DNA of 32,000 nt. Source: Candidatus Hadarchaeota archaeon (GTDB lineage: Archaea; Hadarchaeota; Hadarchaeia; Hadarchaeales; Hadarchaeaceae). Positions 22,965 to 32,000 of the stretch are shown piece by piece (positions within the stretch are counted from its first letter, which is position 1; each line of letters opens with the position of its first letter). The stretch is taken from positions 120,001 through 152,000 of the forward strand of contig CAZETV010000002.1 in NCBI GenBank assembly GCA_964514965.1. The letters run 5' to 3'. A program made the position numbers and the translations under genes. The notes below the pieces were generated by a model, which made no database searches, was not told the origin of the DNA, and saw only the letters and a program-made list of their open reading frames with translations.

Positions 22965-23753
22965 TTAGAGTTTCTTCACTTGCTTCGAAAATTCGTTGAG
23001 CTTGCTCTCGACGACTCCCATAGCCTTAAGGATAATCTGTTCGGGCGGCATGCTGCCCGTCGATTCGATGCGGAAGATGAACTTCGTGGGGTCGCTTCCT
23101 ATTCGGATTGCTTTGGGCGAGCAAGTCTCGGCGCAGGCTTTGCACATTGTGCATAACATTATATCACTAATTTTCGGTTTTTTCCCAGCGAGTTCGATAA
23201 TTTTCACCGGGCAGGCCTTGACACAGGCACCGCAACCGTCGCAGGCTTTTTCGTTAAGCTCGAACACTGGCATGTACTTGTACGCGACCACTCCAGGTTG
23301 CCATTTCGCGTGCTCCTTGCCAAATCCCAAACGCGCGATGGCAGTCAGCTCAAGGTGCTGCTTCTCCTCGAGCTTGATGATGGGGATAGAACCGCTCACT
23401 GGTAAGACCTCTTCATCAGTCGACTTCAAATCGCCACTGAGTGCAGTCACATGACCATCGCGCTTAAGCGTCAGGGACACGCTACACTTAGGGCAGCGCC
23501 CTTCCCGACAGCCGCACTCACCTGGCAGGTTGTAACCTTTCAGGGGCGTGCGAAGGGGGACTAACCCGAGTCGGTGCGCGAGAACCTCATCATACATCGC
23601 AGAATCATTGACTTTAAACTCGACTTCATCAATCGCCATCACCGGTACTTCGCGCAAAGCGGCCCGGCGGAGGGCGTTCGCGAAGGCTGGATTAGCGCCA
23701 GATAGCACGAACTCCATCTCGTCACCTTTAAGCTTTCGAATTTTGAGTTCCAT
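22965..23753 (-). CDS. rpoD: DNA-directed RNA polymerase subunit D (Rpo3) with ferredoxin-like 4Fe-4S insert
   Basis: 262 aa. N-terminal FANALRR..L.EVP..AID.V....N.S...DE.LAHRLGL.PL and two CxxCxxCxxxCP motifs. Position after uS11 is the conserved one. Confidence 0.95.
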   Translation of the reverse strand: MELKIRKLKGDEMEFVLSGANPAFANALRRAALREVPVMAIDEVEFKVNDSAMYDEVLAHRLGLVPLRTPLKGYNLPGECGCREGRCPKCSVSLTLKRDGHVTALSGDLKSTDEEVLPVSGSIPIIKLEEKQHLELTAIARLGFGKEHAKWQPGVVAYKYMPVFELNEKACDGCGACVKACPVKIIELAGKKPKISDIMLCTMCKACAETCSPKAIRIGSDPTKFIFRIESTGSMPPEQIILKAMGVVESKLNEFSKQVKKL

Positions 23754-23762
23754 TTTTTCACC

Positions 23763-24152
23763 TCATACTCGACGGCCTCTTCTCCCTCCAGGTCGTCGAC
23801 ATCCATCGTGTGGAGTCGGCGTGGTATCCTCAATTCTCCCAATCCTTAAACCTGCACGCGCTAGTGCCCGAATTGCCGCCTGCGCTCCGGGACCAGGACT
23901 CCTAGAATTGCCCCCGCCCGGCGCACGCACTTTGATGTGAATGCCTGTGAATCCTTTCTCCATCGCCTCCTCAGCCGCGCGCATCGCAGCCTGCATAGCC
24001 GCGTAGGGTGAGGATTCCTCTCGGTCGGCCTTGACCACCATGCCTCCTGACCAGCGAGCTATGGTCTCTGCCCCGGTGAGGTCAGTTATGTGAATGATGG
24101 TGTTGTTGAATGATGAGTAAATGTGAGCGACTCCCCACTTACCGTCCATCAT
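23763..24152 (-). CDS. rps11: 30S ribosomal protein uS11
   Basis: [24 protein letters not shown]......GGM.VKADR.ESSPYAA is canonical uS11. Confidence 0.95.
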   Translation of the reverse strand: MMDGKWGVAHIYSSFNNTIIHITDLTGAETIARWSGGMVVKADREESSPYAAMQAAMRAAEEAMEKGFTGIHIKVRAPGGGNSRSPGPGAQAAIRALARAGLRIGRIEDTTPTPHDGCRRPGGRRGRRV

Positions 24153-24739
24153 GCTGTCTCCTCCTTAGACTGCGCTTTGGCTTCACCTTCAGCCTCCTCG
24201 GGGCGGGTTTCCACCTTCTCTTCGACGATTGTTTCGGCCGCTGGGGCTTCGGGCTTTGGCTGAACCTTAAAAGACGAACCCTCTACATATCCGATTACAC
24301 CCTCTTCATCGAGGGGCACCAAGTAGCTCGGTACGCTGACTTGTTTGCCCGAGATAGTTATATGACCATGAAGCACAAGCTGTCGGGCCTGCTGTGGCGT
24401 TCGAGCTAAACTTTTGCGATAGATGATAGTTTGGAGGCGGCGCTCGAGCAGGTTTTCGATGTTCAAGCCAAGCACATCATCCAACGTCGTACCCTCACCC
24501 ACGAGACCAAGGCGGCGGAGCCGCGTTAGAAGCTGTTTGGTCTCTAGTTCCGCTTGGGGGCCCGAAGCGGTAAGCAGGTGCCGGGCCTGCCGCCTGAAGT
24601 TTCTGAGCAGGGTCTGAATCCGCCATATTTCCTCTTTTCGGCGGAGCCCGTATTGGCGGAGGAGTTTGTCCTCGGCGTCCGTCCGCTCTTTTTCCCAAGG
24701 ATGTAAGGGCCTGAGATATTTCTTCCGCTGGCGCTTCAT
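24149..24739 (-). CDS. rps4: 30S ribosomal protein uS4 with an acidic C-terminal extension
   Basis: RKKY..P.HPW...R...E..L...YGLR.K.E.W and S4 domain HGHI.I.G..V..PSY.V. The last ~45 aa are E/A/P/K-rich. Confidence 0.95.
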   Translation of the reverse strand: MKRQRKKYLRPLHPWEKERTDAEDKLLRQYGLRRKEEIWRIQTLLRNFRRQARHLLTASGPQAELETKQLLTRLRRLGLVGEGTTLDDVLGLNIENLLERRLQTIIYRKSLARTPQQARQLVLHGHITISGKQVSVPSYLVPLDEEGVIGYVEGSSFKVQPKPEAPAAETIVEEKVETRPEEAEGEAKAQSKEETA

Positions 24740-25269
24740 TCTGTCTTCTCCTCCTCTTTCGTCTCTACTTCTTTTTTCTCCCGCCTGCCTCTCCCAACTT
24801 TCGCGGCTTCTTCGCGTATACGGACTTCCTTGTGCTTCACTCCCACGACTAGGCCTTTGCGACCAGTGGTGCGCGTTCGCTGACCTCGCACGGGCAAACC
24901 AAGCTCATGTCTAATGCCTCGGCGACTTCGAATTCTACGCTCACGCCCGATGTCAGTGCGCGTCACCATCGCCACATCCGCGCCCAATAGGTGGACATCC
25001 TTACCAGTATCGTAATCCTTTCGCCGGTTGAGCATCCAGTTCGGCATTCCATGCTCGGCCGGGTTTTTTAAGACTTGCTCGAGACGTTCCACTTTATCTT
25101 TGTTCAAATTGCCAAGCTTCTTAAACGGGTCAATATCTGCGGTATAAGTGACAGCTCGGGCGAATGTCAAATTCACGCCCTTCAAATCAGCTAGCGCTAG
25201 CTGTATCTGCTTCTCGCCAGGTAGGTCCTTTCCCGCAAGCCGCACGATATGTTTGAATTCTTCTGGCAT
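24736..25269 (-). CDS. rps13: 30S ribosomal protein uS13 with a charged C-terminal extension
   Basis: FKHIVRLAGKDL.G.K.I..AL..LKGV and RG.RH..GL.VRGQRT.T are canonical. Tail is K/E-rich. Confidence 0.95.
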   Translation of the reverse strand: MPEEFKHIVRLAGKDLPGEKQIQLALADLKGVNLTFARAVTYTADIDPFKKLGNLNKDKVERLEQVLKNPAEHGMPNWMLNRRKDYDTGKDVHLLGADVAMVTRTDIGRERRIRSRRGIRHELGLPVRGQRTRTTGRKGLVVGVKHKEVRIREEAAKVGRGRREKKEVETKEEEKTE

Positions 25270-25330
25270 TCAAATCGCCAACTAGGTCTTTCTTAAATTC
25301 GCTGAAGGTCTTATTAAAACGTTCGAAAGG

Positions 25331-25418
25331 TGGCGCCGGGGAGGGGATTCGAACCCCTGCGGCCCAAAGGACCACAGGTTCTCCAAACCTGCGCCTTACC
25401 TGGCTAGGCTACCCCGGC
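25331..25418 (-). tRNA. tRNA-Ser(GGA): tRNA-Ser (GGA), class II, CCA encoded, no intron
   Basis: Reverse complement: GCCGGGG-TA-GCCT-AGCCAGGTA-AGGC-G-CAGGT-TTGGAGA-ACCTG-TGGTCCTTTGGGCCGC-AGGGG-TTCGAAT-CCCCT-CCCCGGC-G-CCA. Confidence 0.9.
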
Positions 25419-25491
25419 AGTCAATTTATCTATAATCTCGGCTCTATAATCACTTTCTCGCTCAGCCAGGTGGTCGAATAGGAACTTTCTA

Positions 25492-26478
25492 TCATTTCCA
25501 TTTCCGCTGGTACGTGCCCGGTAACATCACCACGCGTTCAGGTTTCGCTACGATTCCGTGCTCGGCTTCATAGATTTGCTTTGAAGTCATCGAGGCACGA
25601 GCTAGCGCGACGACTTCACCCTTAAGCGTCATCAATGCCACGAGGTCATCCTGAGAGATTCCCGTGTCGACTTGGAGCACGCCTGGTGCCGCGAGGCTGG
25701 CGCCGTGGCAAAGCGCATCGACGGCTCCATCGCGTACGACTAATTTGGGCAGGTGCTCAACCGCAGCCTCCACGGGCAAAATGACTTTGCGCAAGTGCTT
25801 CTCATCACCATCCTCGCTCCAGAAAGCGTAGGCGTCGGCAAGGTCTTGTAGTTTGACTAGGGTGTCGTCTTCGCGAAAAGGTCCTGTCCGCGTCCGACGA
25901 AGCTCCCGCATGTGGGCACCGCAACCCACGACCTCACCCATGTCGTGCATAAGCTTGCGCATGTATGTGCCCGCCTCGCATCCCACGCGCATGAGCACAT
26001 CCCTGCCATCCCGCTCCAAGAACTCGATGTAGTAAATTTTCCTCGTACGAAGTACCCGTTTGACTGCTGCCCGTAATGGAGGGCGCTGATATATCTCACC
26101 TTCAAACTCGTGCAACAACTGCTTGAGCCTATGGTCAGGCACATCACCGTGGAGATGCATTACGCAAATGTATTCTTTCCCCGCGGGCAGCAAAGTCTGA
26201 ACTATTTTCGTCGCATCCTCAAGTGCTGTCGGCAACAGCCCGCTAACCTTTGGGTCGAGAGTTCCGCTGTGCCCCGCGCGGCGAACCTTTAGCATGCGCT
26301 TCACCCAAGCGACGATTTCGTGCGAGGTTGGCCCAATAGGTTTGTCTAGATTGATGATTCCCAAGCGCAAGTATTCATTAATCGGGCGTTTGTCGGGTTT
26401 GCAGCCATGACTGGGATCGGTTATATCTTGGGCCCGGATTAGACTTTCACGCTTGACATCGGATGGTAGTTTGCCCAC
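25492..26478 (-). CDS. cbf5: H/ACA RNP pseudouridine synthase Cbf5 (TruB family with PUA domain)
   Basis: 328 aa. GIINLDKP.GPTSHE.V.W....L...RAGH.GTLDP.VSG.L catalytic-Asp motif and a C-terminal PUA-like region. Conserved position next to eL14 and Cmk. Confidence 0.95.
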   Translation of the reverse strand: MGKLPSDVKRESLIRAQDITDPSHGCKPDKRPINEYLRLGIINLDKPIGPTSHEIVAWVKRMLKVRRAGHSGTLDPKVSGLLPTALEDATKIVQTLLPAGKEYICVMHLHGDVPDHRLKQLLHEFEGEIYQRPPLRAAVKRVLRTRKIYYIEFLERDGRDVLMRVGCEAGTYMRKLMHDMGEVVGCGAHMRELRRTRTGPFREDDTLVKLQDLADAYAFWSEDGDEKHLRKVILPVEAAVEHLPKLVVRDGAVDALCHGASLAAPGVLQVDTGISQDDLVALMTLKGEVVALARASMTSKQIYEAEHGIVAKPERVVMLPGTYQRKWK

Positions 26479-26490
26479 TTAAAACACCTA

Positions 26491-26781
26491 TTACTGAACG
26501 CTAGGCTGTGTCTTGGGTTCAGAAGGTGTCTCTGACGGCTTTTCTGTTTTTACCAAACCCGCTGCCTCAAGCGTGCGTTTGACATCCTCGTCAGTGGCCT
26601 CCTTCGCAATTTCAACTTTCTGCTCGAGAGGCTCAAGGTGTGCGATGTTGCATCTGCGCCGTTTGACCCCAGGGCCACTCACTACCACGTAGATGTCGTC
26701 AAGCACATCCACGATGACGCACCGCTTACCCGCCTCATGCCCAGCGAGTTTCACGCAAATTCTACCTACTTCCATCACCAT
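26491..26781 (-). CDS. rpl14e: 50S ribosomal protein eL14
   Basis: EVGRICVKLAGHEAGKRCVIVDVLDD.YVVVSGP..VKRRRCNI.HLEP is typical archaeal L14e (KOW). Confidence 0.9.
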   Translation of the reverse strand: MVMEVGRICVKLAGHEAGKRCVIVDVLDDIYVVVSGPGVKRRRCNIAHLEPLEQKVEIAKEATDEDVKRTLEAAGLVKTEKPSETPSEPKTQPSVQ

Positions 26782-26782
26782 C

Positions 26783-27319
26783 TCACGACCTCTTTCGAAT
26801 GAACTGCTTCACCGCAAACTCCAAAATCCGTACCATCTCCTTAATGGTGAAACGCTCTGTGTTTAGCACGATGTCAAACGATGAATTATCATTGACATCT
26901 ATACTGTAAAATTGTTTGAAACGCTTGGCCTCGCTCCGCTCACGTTTGCGAGTTTCATTAAGCACCTCTCTGTACTTCCGCTTCTCCCGAAGAGCAATCC
27001 GCTTAACCCTTTCCTCTAGCGGGGCGGTGAGCAAGATTCTCAGGTCCGCCTTTTTAGCCATCCACCCGGCGAGGCGGGCATCGATAAGCACATTTTTGCT
27101 CTTGGCAGCCGCTACAGTTTGTCGGTCGATTTGGTGATCTATGCTAGGACGGCGTTCGGCGTAACGGGAAAACTCGTCGAGCGTCATCCTCCGTTCTTTG
27201 GCGAGCTGTCTGAAAACGGACCCCGCGCAGACATAGCGGAGTTTGAATTTTTTTGCCAGCGCCAGTGCGGCAGTCGTCTTTCCAGCCCCGTGCAAACCGC
27301 TTATAGTAATGACTACCAT
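26783..27319 (-). CDS. cmk: Cytidylate kinase (archaeal type)
   Basis: MVVITISGLHGAGKTT P-loop start at 27319, 4 nt after the eL34 stop. The 54-codon N-terminal extension in the ORF track overlaps eL34 and is rejected. Confidence 0.9.
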   Translation of the reverse strand: MVVITISGLHGAGKTTAALALAKKFKLRYVCAGSVFRQLAKERRMTLDEFSRYAERRPSIDHQIDRQTVAAAKSKNVLIDARLAGWMAKKADLRILLTAPLEERVKRIALREKRKYREVLNETRKRERSEAKRFKQFYSIDVNDNSSFDIVLNTERFTIKEMVRILEFAVKQFIRKRS

Positions 27320-27323
27320 TCGC

Positions 27324-27599
27324 TCACGCTCGAGCAGTTTCTTTGATTTCCTGACGCGCACAGGCGGGGCAGAGATAACCACCATAGGGACGATTCGGCA
27401 CACGGGAACTGCGTGGAAGGGACCGCAGCTTGCTCGGCCTAACTCGGGGAATGCCCCCCAATGGACGCCCACAAGAGGCACACCTCGCCACTCTTGCCCG
27501 TCCCTCTTTGTAGTGCGCGACGGTTCGCCCTCCGGGAGTACAGACGAAATGCTGTTTGTATCTTGCAGAGCGGTACCTTCGTGCGGGCATATTAATCAC
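27324..27599 (-). CDS. rpl34e: 50S ribosomal protein eL34
   Basis: RRYRS.RYK....TPGGR...HY........C..CG..L.G.P is a canonical L34e zinc-ribbon-like pattern. Start may be the ATG at 27590. Confidence 0.9.
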   Translation of the reverse strand: MINMPARRYRSARYKQHFVCTPGGRTVAHYKEGRARVARCASCGRPLGGIPRVRPSKLRSLPRSSRVPNRPYGGYLCPACARQEIKETARA

Positions 27600-28437
27600 G
27601 GATAAGCAATTTTCGCCAAATTTGAGAAAACCCGAAGTAAGTGAGGAGATACCAACTTAGAAAACCGCAGGAGACCCAAGTGCCGAAGAAGGGGAGGTCT
27701 AGGCGGAATGGTAGCCATGCCACGACCCATCCCGCGTATATACCCGATAGAATGAACCAGAATATGAAATATGGCACGATGTAGAAGAGCGTGGGCTTGA
27801 AATTTTCCTTCATCATCTCCCCCTGAAGCGACATTATCCGCTTTTGATCCTGTTGCAGCTTGTACACGTTCTTCATGCCCCGCTTGCGCTGAGCTTCGCG
27901 GAGTTCCTTCTGGAATGCAGACACCTCTGCCTTAATCTGCCTCATGCGCTCCCAGTTCACGACACGTCTGGTTATCAAGGTGATGATGAGGGAAACTAAT
28001 ATCCCGATTCCGAGGACGATGAATAGCGCGTATTCGTAGATGGAAGACAACCCAATCTTGAGCTCGCTCGCCAGTAGGGAGATGTCTGAGCGTAGGGCCC
28101 GGATATTCTCCTCCGTTGCCGATTGCTGCAAAGAGCTGAAAGTTTGGGTTATTCGGTCGTTTATCTCTGTGAGCTCCGTGCTATTGCCAATCTCGTTTTC
28201 ATATGACGCCACAAGACTATTGTAGAGTGTTCGCGCTTGGCTCAAACTTCCTGATGCACCACTTCCCTGCCTAAGTGAAATTATGGAGCTGTCCACGGTC
28301 TGCAAAAGTATCTTGTACGTCCCCTGCGCATCTTCCGCCTCCTCTGCACTAACCGTCATGGCAAAGCTTGCAAACAAGAATACTGCGATTAGCGAGCAAA
28401 CGAGTATGCGACGCATGGGTTCACCCAAGTACCTCAA
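27592..28437 (-). CDS. DUF106 / EMC3-TMCO1-like membrane protein (archaeal YidC/Oxa1-superfamily homologue) with a ~130-aa N-terminal secreted extension
   Basis: C-terminal half (MRQIKAEVSAFQKELREAQRKRGMKNVYKLQQDQKRIMSLQGEMMKENFKPTLFYIVPYFIFWFIL) matches the DUF106 coiled-coil plus TM layout. Sits in the conserved slot between adk and eL34. N-terminus has a signal/TM segment and a Ser/Leu-rich domain. Confidence 0.7.
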   Translation of the reverse strand: MRYLGEPMRRILVCSLIAVFLFASFAMTVSAEEAEDAQGTYKILLQTVDSSIISLRQGSGASGSLSQARTLYNSLVASYENEIGNSTELTEINDRITQTFSSLQQSATEENIRALRSDISLLASELKIGLSSIYEYALFIVLGIGILVSLIITLITRRVVNWERMRQIKAEVSAFQKELREAQRKRGMKNVYKLQQDQKRIMSLQGEMMKENFKPTLFYIVPYFIFWFILSGIYAGWVVAWLPFRLDLPFFGTWVSCGFLSWYLLTYFGFSQIWRKLLIRD

Positions 28438-28999
28438 CCATTTCCTTCACAGTTTCACTGAGTTTTCCATCCCTATTATGGATTATCCTCACTGCCGCGC
28501 CCGAGAGCGCCGCATATGCCGTAGCCGTAGCGCGATTTAATAGTTGGTGTTCCACGACTTCACCCAAGAGTTCTTCATCCCGTCTACGCGTGGTGTCCTT
28601 GACGCGTCGCCGTGCAACCTCTTCAGGAGTCGCTTCAACTATCACAATCGATTCGGGATTTAGCTCCTCAATCACCCATCGGGGTAGGCCGGGATAATAG
28701 CCCTCGGGTTTTTTGATTAAGCAGTGGGTGTCAACGATCACGAATTTTTTCCGGGCCGCGCGTGCGATCTGCTTTCCGGCCTCACGCTGGATTTCACGAT
28801 ATGAGTCTGTCGGAAATTTCCGCATCTCATCGCGGTCGGTCACCCCTTTGAAATCGCGCATTAGTTTGAGCATCACGTCACCGTAGTTTATAAACTGATA
28901 TTCGACGCCCTGAGCTTTGAGCTGCTTTAGCGCTTCTTGGACAACTGTACTTTTTCCAGAGCCTGGCACACCCGTAACCACGACTATCTTACTCACCAA
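28421..28999 (-). CDS. adkA: Adenylate kinase, archaeal AdkA type
   Basis: VVVTGVPGSGKSTV P-loop, ~190 aa, directly downstream of secY. Confidence 0.9.
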   Translation of the reverse strand: MVSKIVVVTGVPGSGKSTVVQEALKQLKAQGVEYQFINYGDVMLKLMRDFKGVTDRDEMRKFPTDSYREIQREAGKQIARAARKKFVIVDTHCLIKKPEGYYPGLPRWVIEELNPESIVIVEATPEEVARRRVKDTTRRRDEELLGEVVEHQLLNRATATAYAALSGAAVRIIHNRDGKLSETVKEMVEVLG

Positions 29000-30350
29000 A
29001 TAACCTCCTCATCGCTGGAAACATCTCTGCCATTCGCTCCTTTGCTATTTCTTGGTAAAGACTATACATAATCCCCACGGTCAGTAAAATGCCCGTGCCA
29101 CTGCCCAATGCACCCATAAAGTCTGCAAGCCCTGAAATCGCGCCGACAAACGCTCCACCTAACAATGTAGCGGTCAGGATATACCGGCTTAACACCCACT
29201 CCATGACCCGAACATCGTGACGGAAACCAGGGATGAGCATTCCAGATCGATCGAGCTGACGCGCCACATCGCGAGGCCCCATCCCCGTCATGTTGACCCA
29301 CATCCAAGCAAAACCCATACTCATCAGAACTAAAATTGCCAAATAAATCACTGCTCGAAACGGGTCAGCCGCGAGGGCAAAGATACCATTTGGGGCACTT
29401 AAGTAGTAGGTAACTCCTTTAACGGGAGGGAAAACCATACCCAATATTTTAACATTCGCAAATACTACCATTGCGAGAATTACTGGAATATTTGAGGTAT
29501 AGAGGAACTTGATAGGATAGCGTCCTCGAACTCCTCCGAAGCGTCCGTAAGCGAGTGGTATCTCGATGCGCATGCTCTCGGCGTACACGACGATTAAGAA
29601 GACGATGATGGTGGCGAACACACCCATCATGTTCGGCATTCCTGGTCTGAAAAATGCATCAGAAATGTTGCCACCGCCGAGCATGGTTCCGAAGAAATTG
29701 GGAATCGCGCCGGTAAACAGGCCCCCGCTTTGCAGTGGGTTGAAAGCCTGCCAAAAGATCGTCCCCGCAACGCCGGCCGCGATGAAAAGGCTGACCCCAC
29801 TCCCAAACCCATATTTCGAGACCACTTCATCAAGGTAGACCACGATGATTACCCCTATCGTGAGCTGAACGATCAGGAAAATACCAGCGCCTGAGCCAAA
29901 GGCGACCCCGTACCACCCCGATATCACGAGCATCGACGCCTGGAAAACGCCCATGAGTATGGCACCTATTTTCTGAACGCCAGTGAAGAGAGCGCGATCA
30001 TCTGGCTGGCTTAGATTAAGCCCGATTATCTTACTCCCGACCAATAGCTGCATGACGATACCCGCGGTGACGATCGGCCCGATACCAAGCTCCATCAAGC
30101 TCCCCGCATGGCTGGCGAGGATAAATCGCAGTTGACCAAAGACTGCCGTTTGCCCTGCTCCAGCAACCATTCCATAAAGCGAAACTTGGGTTAAAACGAA
30201 GAAGGCGATGAGGGCTATCGCTGTCCACATGAATTTTTCCTTAAAGGAAACGTGCCGCTTCGGAACTGCGACCTCAGGAAGTCTTCGTACGAGGGCATCA
30301 AGAACGTAAAGTTTGGATCGCGGCTTCTCAACTTGTTCCATCACCTTCAC
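28989..30350 (-). CDS. secY: Preprotein translocase subunit SecY
   Basis: 453-aa polytopic membrane protein in the conserved uL15-SecY-Adk position, with SecY-type TM pattern and a GIGPIVTAGIVMQLL plug/TM2 motif. Confidence 0.95.
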   Translation of the reverse strand: MKVMEQVEKPRSKLYVLDALVRRLPEVAVPKRHVSFKEKFMWTAIALIAFFVLTQVSLYGMVAGAGQTAVFGQLRFILASHAGSLMELGIGPIVTAGIVMQLLVGSKIIGLNLSQPDDRALFTGVQKIGAILMGVFQASMLVISGWYGVAFGSGAGIFLIVQLTIGVIIVVYLDEVVSKYGFGSGVSLFIAAGVAGTIFWQAFNPLQSGGLFTGAIPNFFGTMLGGGNISDAFFRPGMPNMMGVFATIIVFLIVVYAESMRIEIPLAYGRFGGVRGRYPIKFLYTSNIPVILAMVVFANVKILGMVFPPVKGVTYYLSAPNGIFALAADPFRAVIYLAILVLMSMGFAWMWVNMTGMGPRDVARQLDRSGMLIPGFRHDVRVMEWVLSRYILTATLLGGAFVGAISGLADFMGALGSGTGILLTVGIMYSLYQEIAKERMAEMFPAMRRLFGE

Positions 30351-30786
30351 CTGTTATTGCATTGCCTCCTGCTTCCTCAAGTTTTCGCTTCGCCGACCCA
30401 ACAAATTCTTTAGCGACAACCTCGATAGGGCGGGTGATGTGTCCTCCACCGAGCACCCTCTCAAAACCAAGCTTCCTGATGTCAACCACGATCCGCTCTT
30501 CCTCCCGCTTGGCGATCCCCTGCTGCAGAAATTCTTCGAGGCGCTCGTCGAGTTCACCAATATTAATCGCATTGACTTTTCTATTCACTTTGGGTAAGCG
30601 TGTGAATCCATGCTTGCCGAAATATTTGGGCATGTATCTGAGTGTGTAAGACCACTTCTGCTTGTGGCCACCGCTGCGTCCCTTTCCACCCTTTTCCCCG
30701 CTCCCGCGTCCCCTTTTTGCGCATCCCCTTCCGTAAGTTCTTCCGCCTCGTTGCCTTCGAACCTTTCGTCTTCTTCGCACAACCAT
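30328..30786 (-). CDS. rpl15: 50S ribosomal protein uL15
   Basis: Gly/Arg/Lys-rich N-terminus (RGGRTYGRG..KRGRGSGEKGGKGRSGGHK) and conserved position. Confidence 0.9.
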   Translation of the reverse strand: MVVRRRRKVRRQRGGRTYGRGCAKRGRGSGEKGGKGRSGGHKQKWSYTLRYMPKYFGKHGFTRLPKVNRKVNAINIGELDERLEEFLQQGIAKREEERIVVDIRKLGFERVLGGGHITRPIEVVAKEFVGSAKRKLEEAGGNAITGEGDGTS

Positions 30787-30795
30787 TCAAAACAC

Positions 30796-31263
30796 CTAAA
30801 TCATTTTGAGGATGAGCTCATTGATTCGCTCACCACGGTAGCCCAGATCGCCAAAATCATTAAATGGTCGCTTAATGGCTTTGAATCCCTTTCGCGGTGG
30901 GTGAAGTCTGAAAACTTTCTTCAATCTAGGAAGTGATCTAAGATTGGTCTCTCCAGCATGCACTGCAGCAGCGAACTCGCTCAATGATTGAAACGAAGTT
31001 TGAGATTTGACGAATTCATCAGTCAAGCGCTCGTCGCCAGCTAGCCTACCGCGTTTTCGGATGAGTTGCTCTAATACTTCCTTATCAATCTCCCCCCACG
31101 TAAGCACATCCTTTGCCTTCTGCAGCATCCCGCAGTATGTGGGGACATCATCGATTACAACGCAATGATTGACGCGCGTTAGGCATAACATTTTCATCAT
31201 TTCCCTCACCTTACGCCGCACATTCACGCTACTGCGTACTCTAATTACTGCTAGCTTGGTCAC
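30796..31263 (-). CDS. rpl30: 50S ribosomal protein uL30
   Basis: LAVIRVRSSVNVRRKVREMMKMLCLTRVNHCVVIDD is canonical archaeal L30. Confidence 0.9.
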   Translation of the reverse strand: MTKLAVIRVRSSVNVRRKVREMMKMLCLTRVNHCVVIDDVPTYCGMLQKAKDVLTWGEIDKEVLEQLIRKRGRLAGDERLTDEFVKSQTSFQSLSEFAAAVHAGETNLRSLPRLKKVFRLHPPRKGFKAIKRPFNDFGDLGYRGERINELILKMI

Positions 31264-31936
31264 CTACTTCACCAACCTTTCCGATAAAAACGTGACCCCT
31301 ATGGGATTCCCGCAGAGCTACCCTCGTGGTCTGCTTGAGAGCGTCGAAAGTAGCAAGAGCGAAGTTGAGTGTCGTGCGTGTTTGCCCGCGTGAGTGAATC
31401 CAAGCATCCTTGATTCCAGCCATTCGAAGGATTATCTTCGAGACCTCGGCCGCTGTTAACCCTAGTCCGCGAGGGGCGGGTTTTATCATCATGCGAACGC
31501 TACCGCTTCTTCCAGTGACTTCAAATGGAACTGAATGAGGCCTCCCGCAAGCACACTCCCAGCTTCCGCAACCTCGCGCGACCTCCACGATGTTTAGTTT
31601 CGCCGTTGTTATGGCTTTTCTTATGGAGGGGCCAATCTCGCGCGCGCTCGCGTGTCCAACTCCAACAATCCCTCCCCGATTTCCGACTGCCGTGACTACA
31701 CGATATTTAATCCGACGCCCCGACTTGTGCATCCGCTGAACCAAGCTAACCCCCAAGATTTCCTCCTCGAGTTTTGGCACGAGTGCATCGATCACTTCAG
31801 ACTCTTTAATCGGCCTACCCTGCCGCAGAATCTGGGATATTTCTGTTATCTGCCCTTCCTTTACTGCTCGCCCCATGTTCGTCCGAGGCTGCCAAAGTTC
31901 AATGCTGAATTTCTCTCTTATTGGTTTTTTCCGCAT
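31241..31936 (-). CDS. rps5: 30S ribosomal protein uS5
   Basis: W.P.T..GR.VKEG.I, VVTAVGN..G.VG.G.....E...AI.KA and GSGSV.MMIKPAPRG.GL motifs. Start set to the ATG at 31936, 1 nt after the uL18 stop. Confidence 0.9.
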   Translation of the reverse strand: MRKKPIREKFSIELWQPRTNMGRAVKEGQITEISQILRQGRPIKESEVIDALVPKLEEEILGVSLVQRMHKSGRRIKYRVVTAVGNRGGIVGVGHASAREIGPSIRKAITTAKLNIVEVARGCGSWECACGRPHSVPFEVTGRSGSVRMMIKPAPRGLGLTAAEVSKIILRMAGIKDAWIHSRGQTRTTLNFALATFDALKQTTRVALRESHRGHVFIGKVGEVGDQASSN

Positions 31937-31937
31937 T

Positions 31938-32000
31938 CTACTCACCAAACTGCGTAATTATTGCCTGCTTGATTTCATTAAAGTGCTCCGGTAGCTGTTC
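31938..32000 (-). CDS. rpl18: 50S ribosomal protein uL18, 3' end only (truncated by window edge)
   Basis: Hand translation ...EQLPEHFNEIKQAIITQFGE* resembles the archaeal L18 C-terminus and sits in the expected position upstream of uS5. Confidence 0.6.
   Translation of the reverse strand, partial: EQLPEHFNEIKQAIITQFGE

Noticed and set aside
22996-24914. Plus-strand ORFs across rpoD, uS11, uS4 and uS13 (for example 22996-23454, 23548-23940, 24110-24409), plus same-strand off-frame ORFs (23639-23842, 24495-24698)
   Set aside because: Shadow or off-frame ORFs within canonical ribosomal and RNA polymerase genes.
26783-27481. N-terminal 54-codon extension of the cytidylate kinase ORF
   Set aside because: Overlaps the eL34 gene. 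The P-loop start MVVITISGLHGAGKTT at 27319 fits the conserved 4-nt intergenic spacing.
28989-30350. Several 60-90-aa ORFs inside or antisense to secY (29062-29307, 29566-29838, 29627-29833, 30031-30228)
   Set aside because: Embedded in a confidently identified polytopic SecY gene, with no independent support.

Overview
Archaeal chromosomal window. Calls rest on recognisable protein motifs, hand-folded tRNAs and repeats found by eye; no searches were run. The right third (22.8-32 kb, minus strand) is the conserved archaeal cluster uL18(partial)-uS5-uL30-uL15-SecY-Adk-DUF106-eL34-Cmk-eL14-Cbf5-tRNA-Ser-uS13-uS4-uS11-RpoD-tRNA-Leu. The remainder holds housekeeping genes: tungsten-type aldehyde:ferredoxin oxidoreductase, DUF362, M50 protease, TraB, a riboflavin/F420-related pair, OCD-family dehydrogenase, Alba, TBP, TRAM, SPFH, Sm-like and an RtcB-like protein. 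Among them sit visibly AT-rich accessory patches at about 9.4-15.3 kb, 17.2-19.0 kb and 21.7-22.8 kb. Main candidate for an undescribed system: the 10.2-15.3 kb island. It is split into two cassettes by three direct copies of a ~42-nt module that resembles a tRNA 3' end. Cassette 1 encodes an 834-aa sacsin/MORC-type GHKL ATPase fused to a DUF3883/PD-(D/E)xK-like C-terminus, plus a tightly linked orphan 223-aa protein. Cassette 2 encodes a ~366-aa protein with a C-terminal RNxxxH (HEPN-type) motif. A ~215-nt composite repeat built from three tRNA-3'-end-like modules occurs as an inverted pair at 344-555 and 10214-10430. Further att-like direct repeats flank a GNAT cassette beside tRNA-Leu, a frameshifted MazG-like gene and a zinc-ribbon ORF. 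No integrase or transposase is visible in the window. tRNA genes are unusual: both tRNA-Gln genes carry several non-canonical insertions (apparently four in Gln-UUG and three in Gln-CUG), tRNA-Leu has a D-arm insertion, and tRNA-His has a canonical 37/38 intron. No CRISPR array or rRNA was seen.
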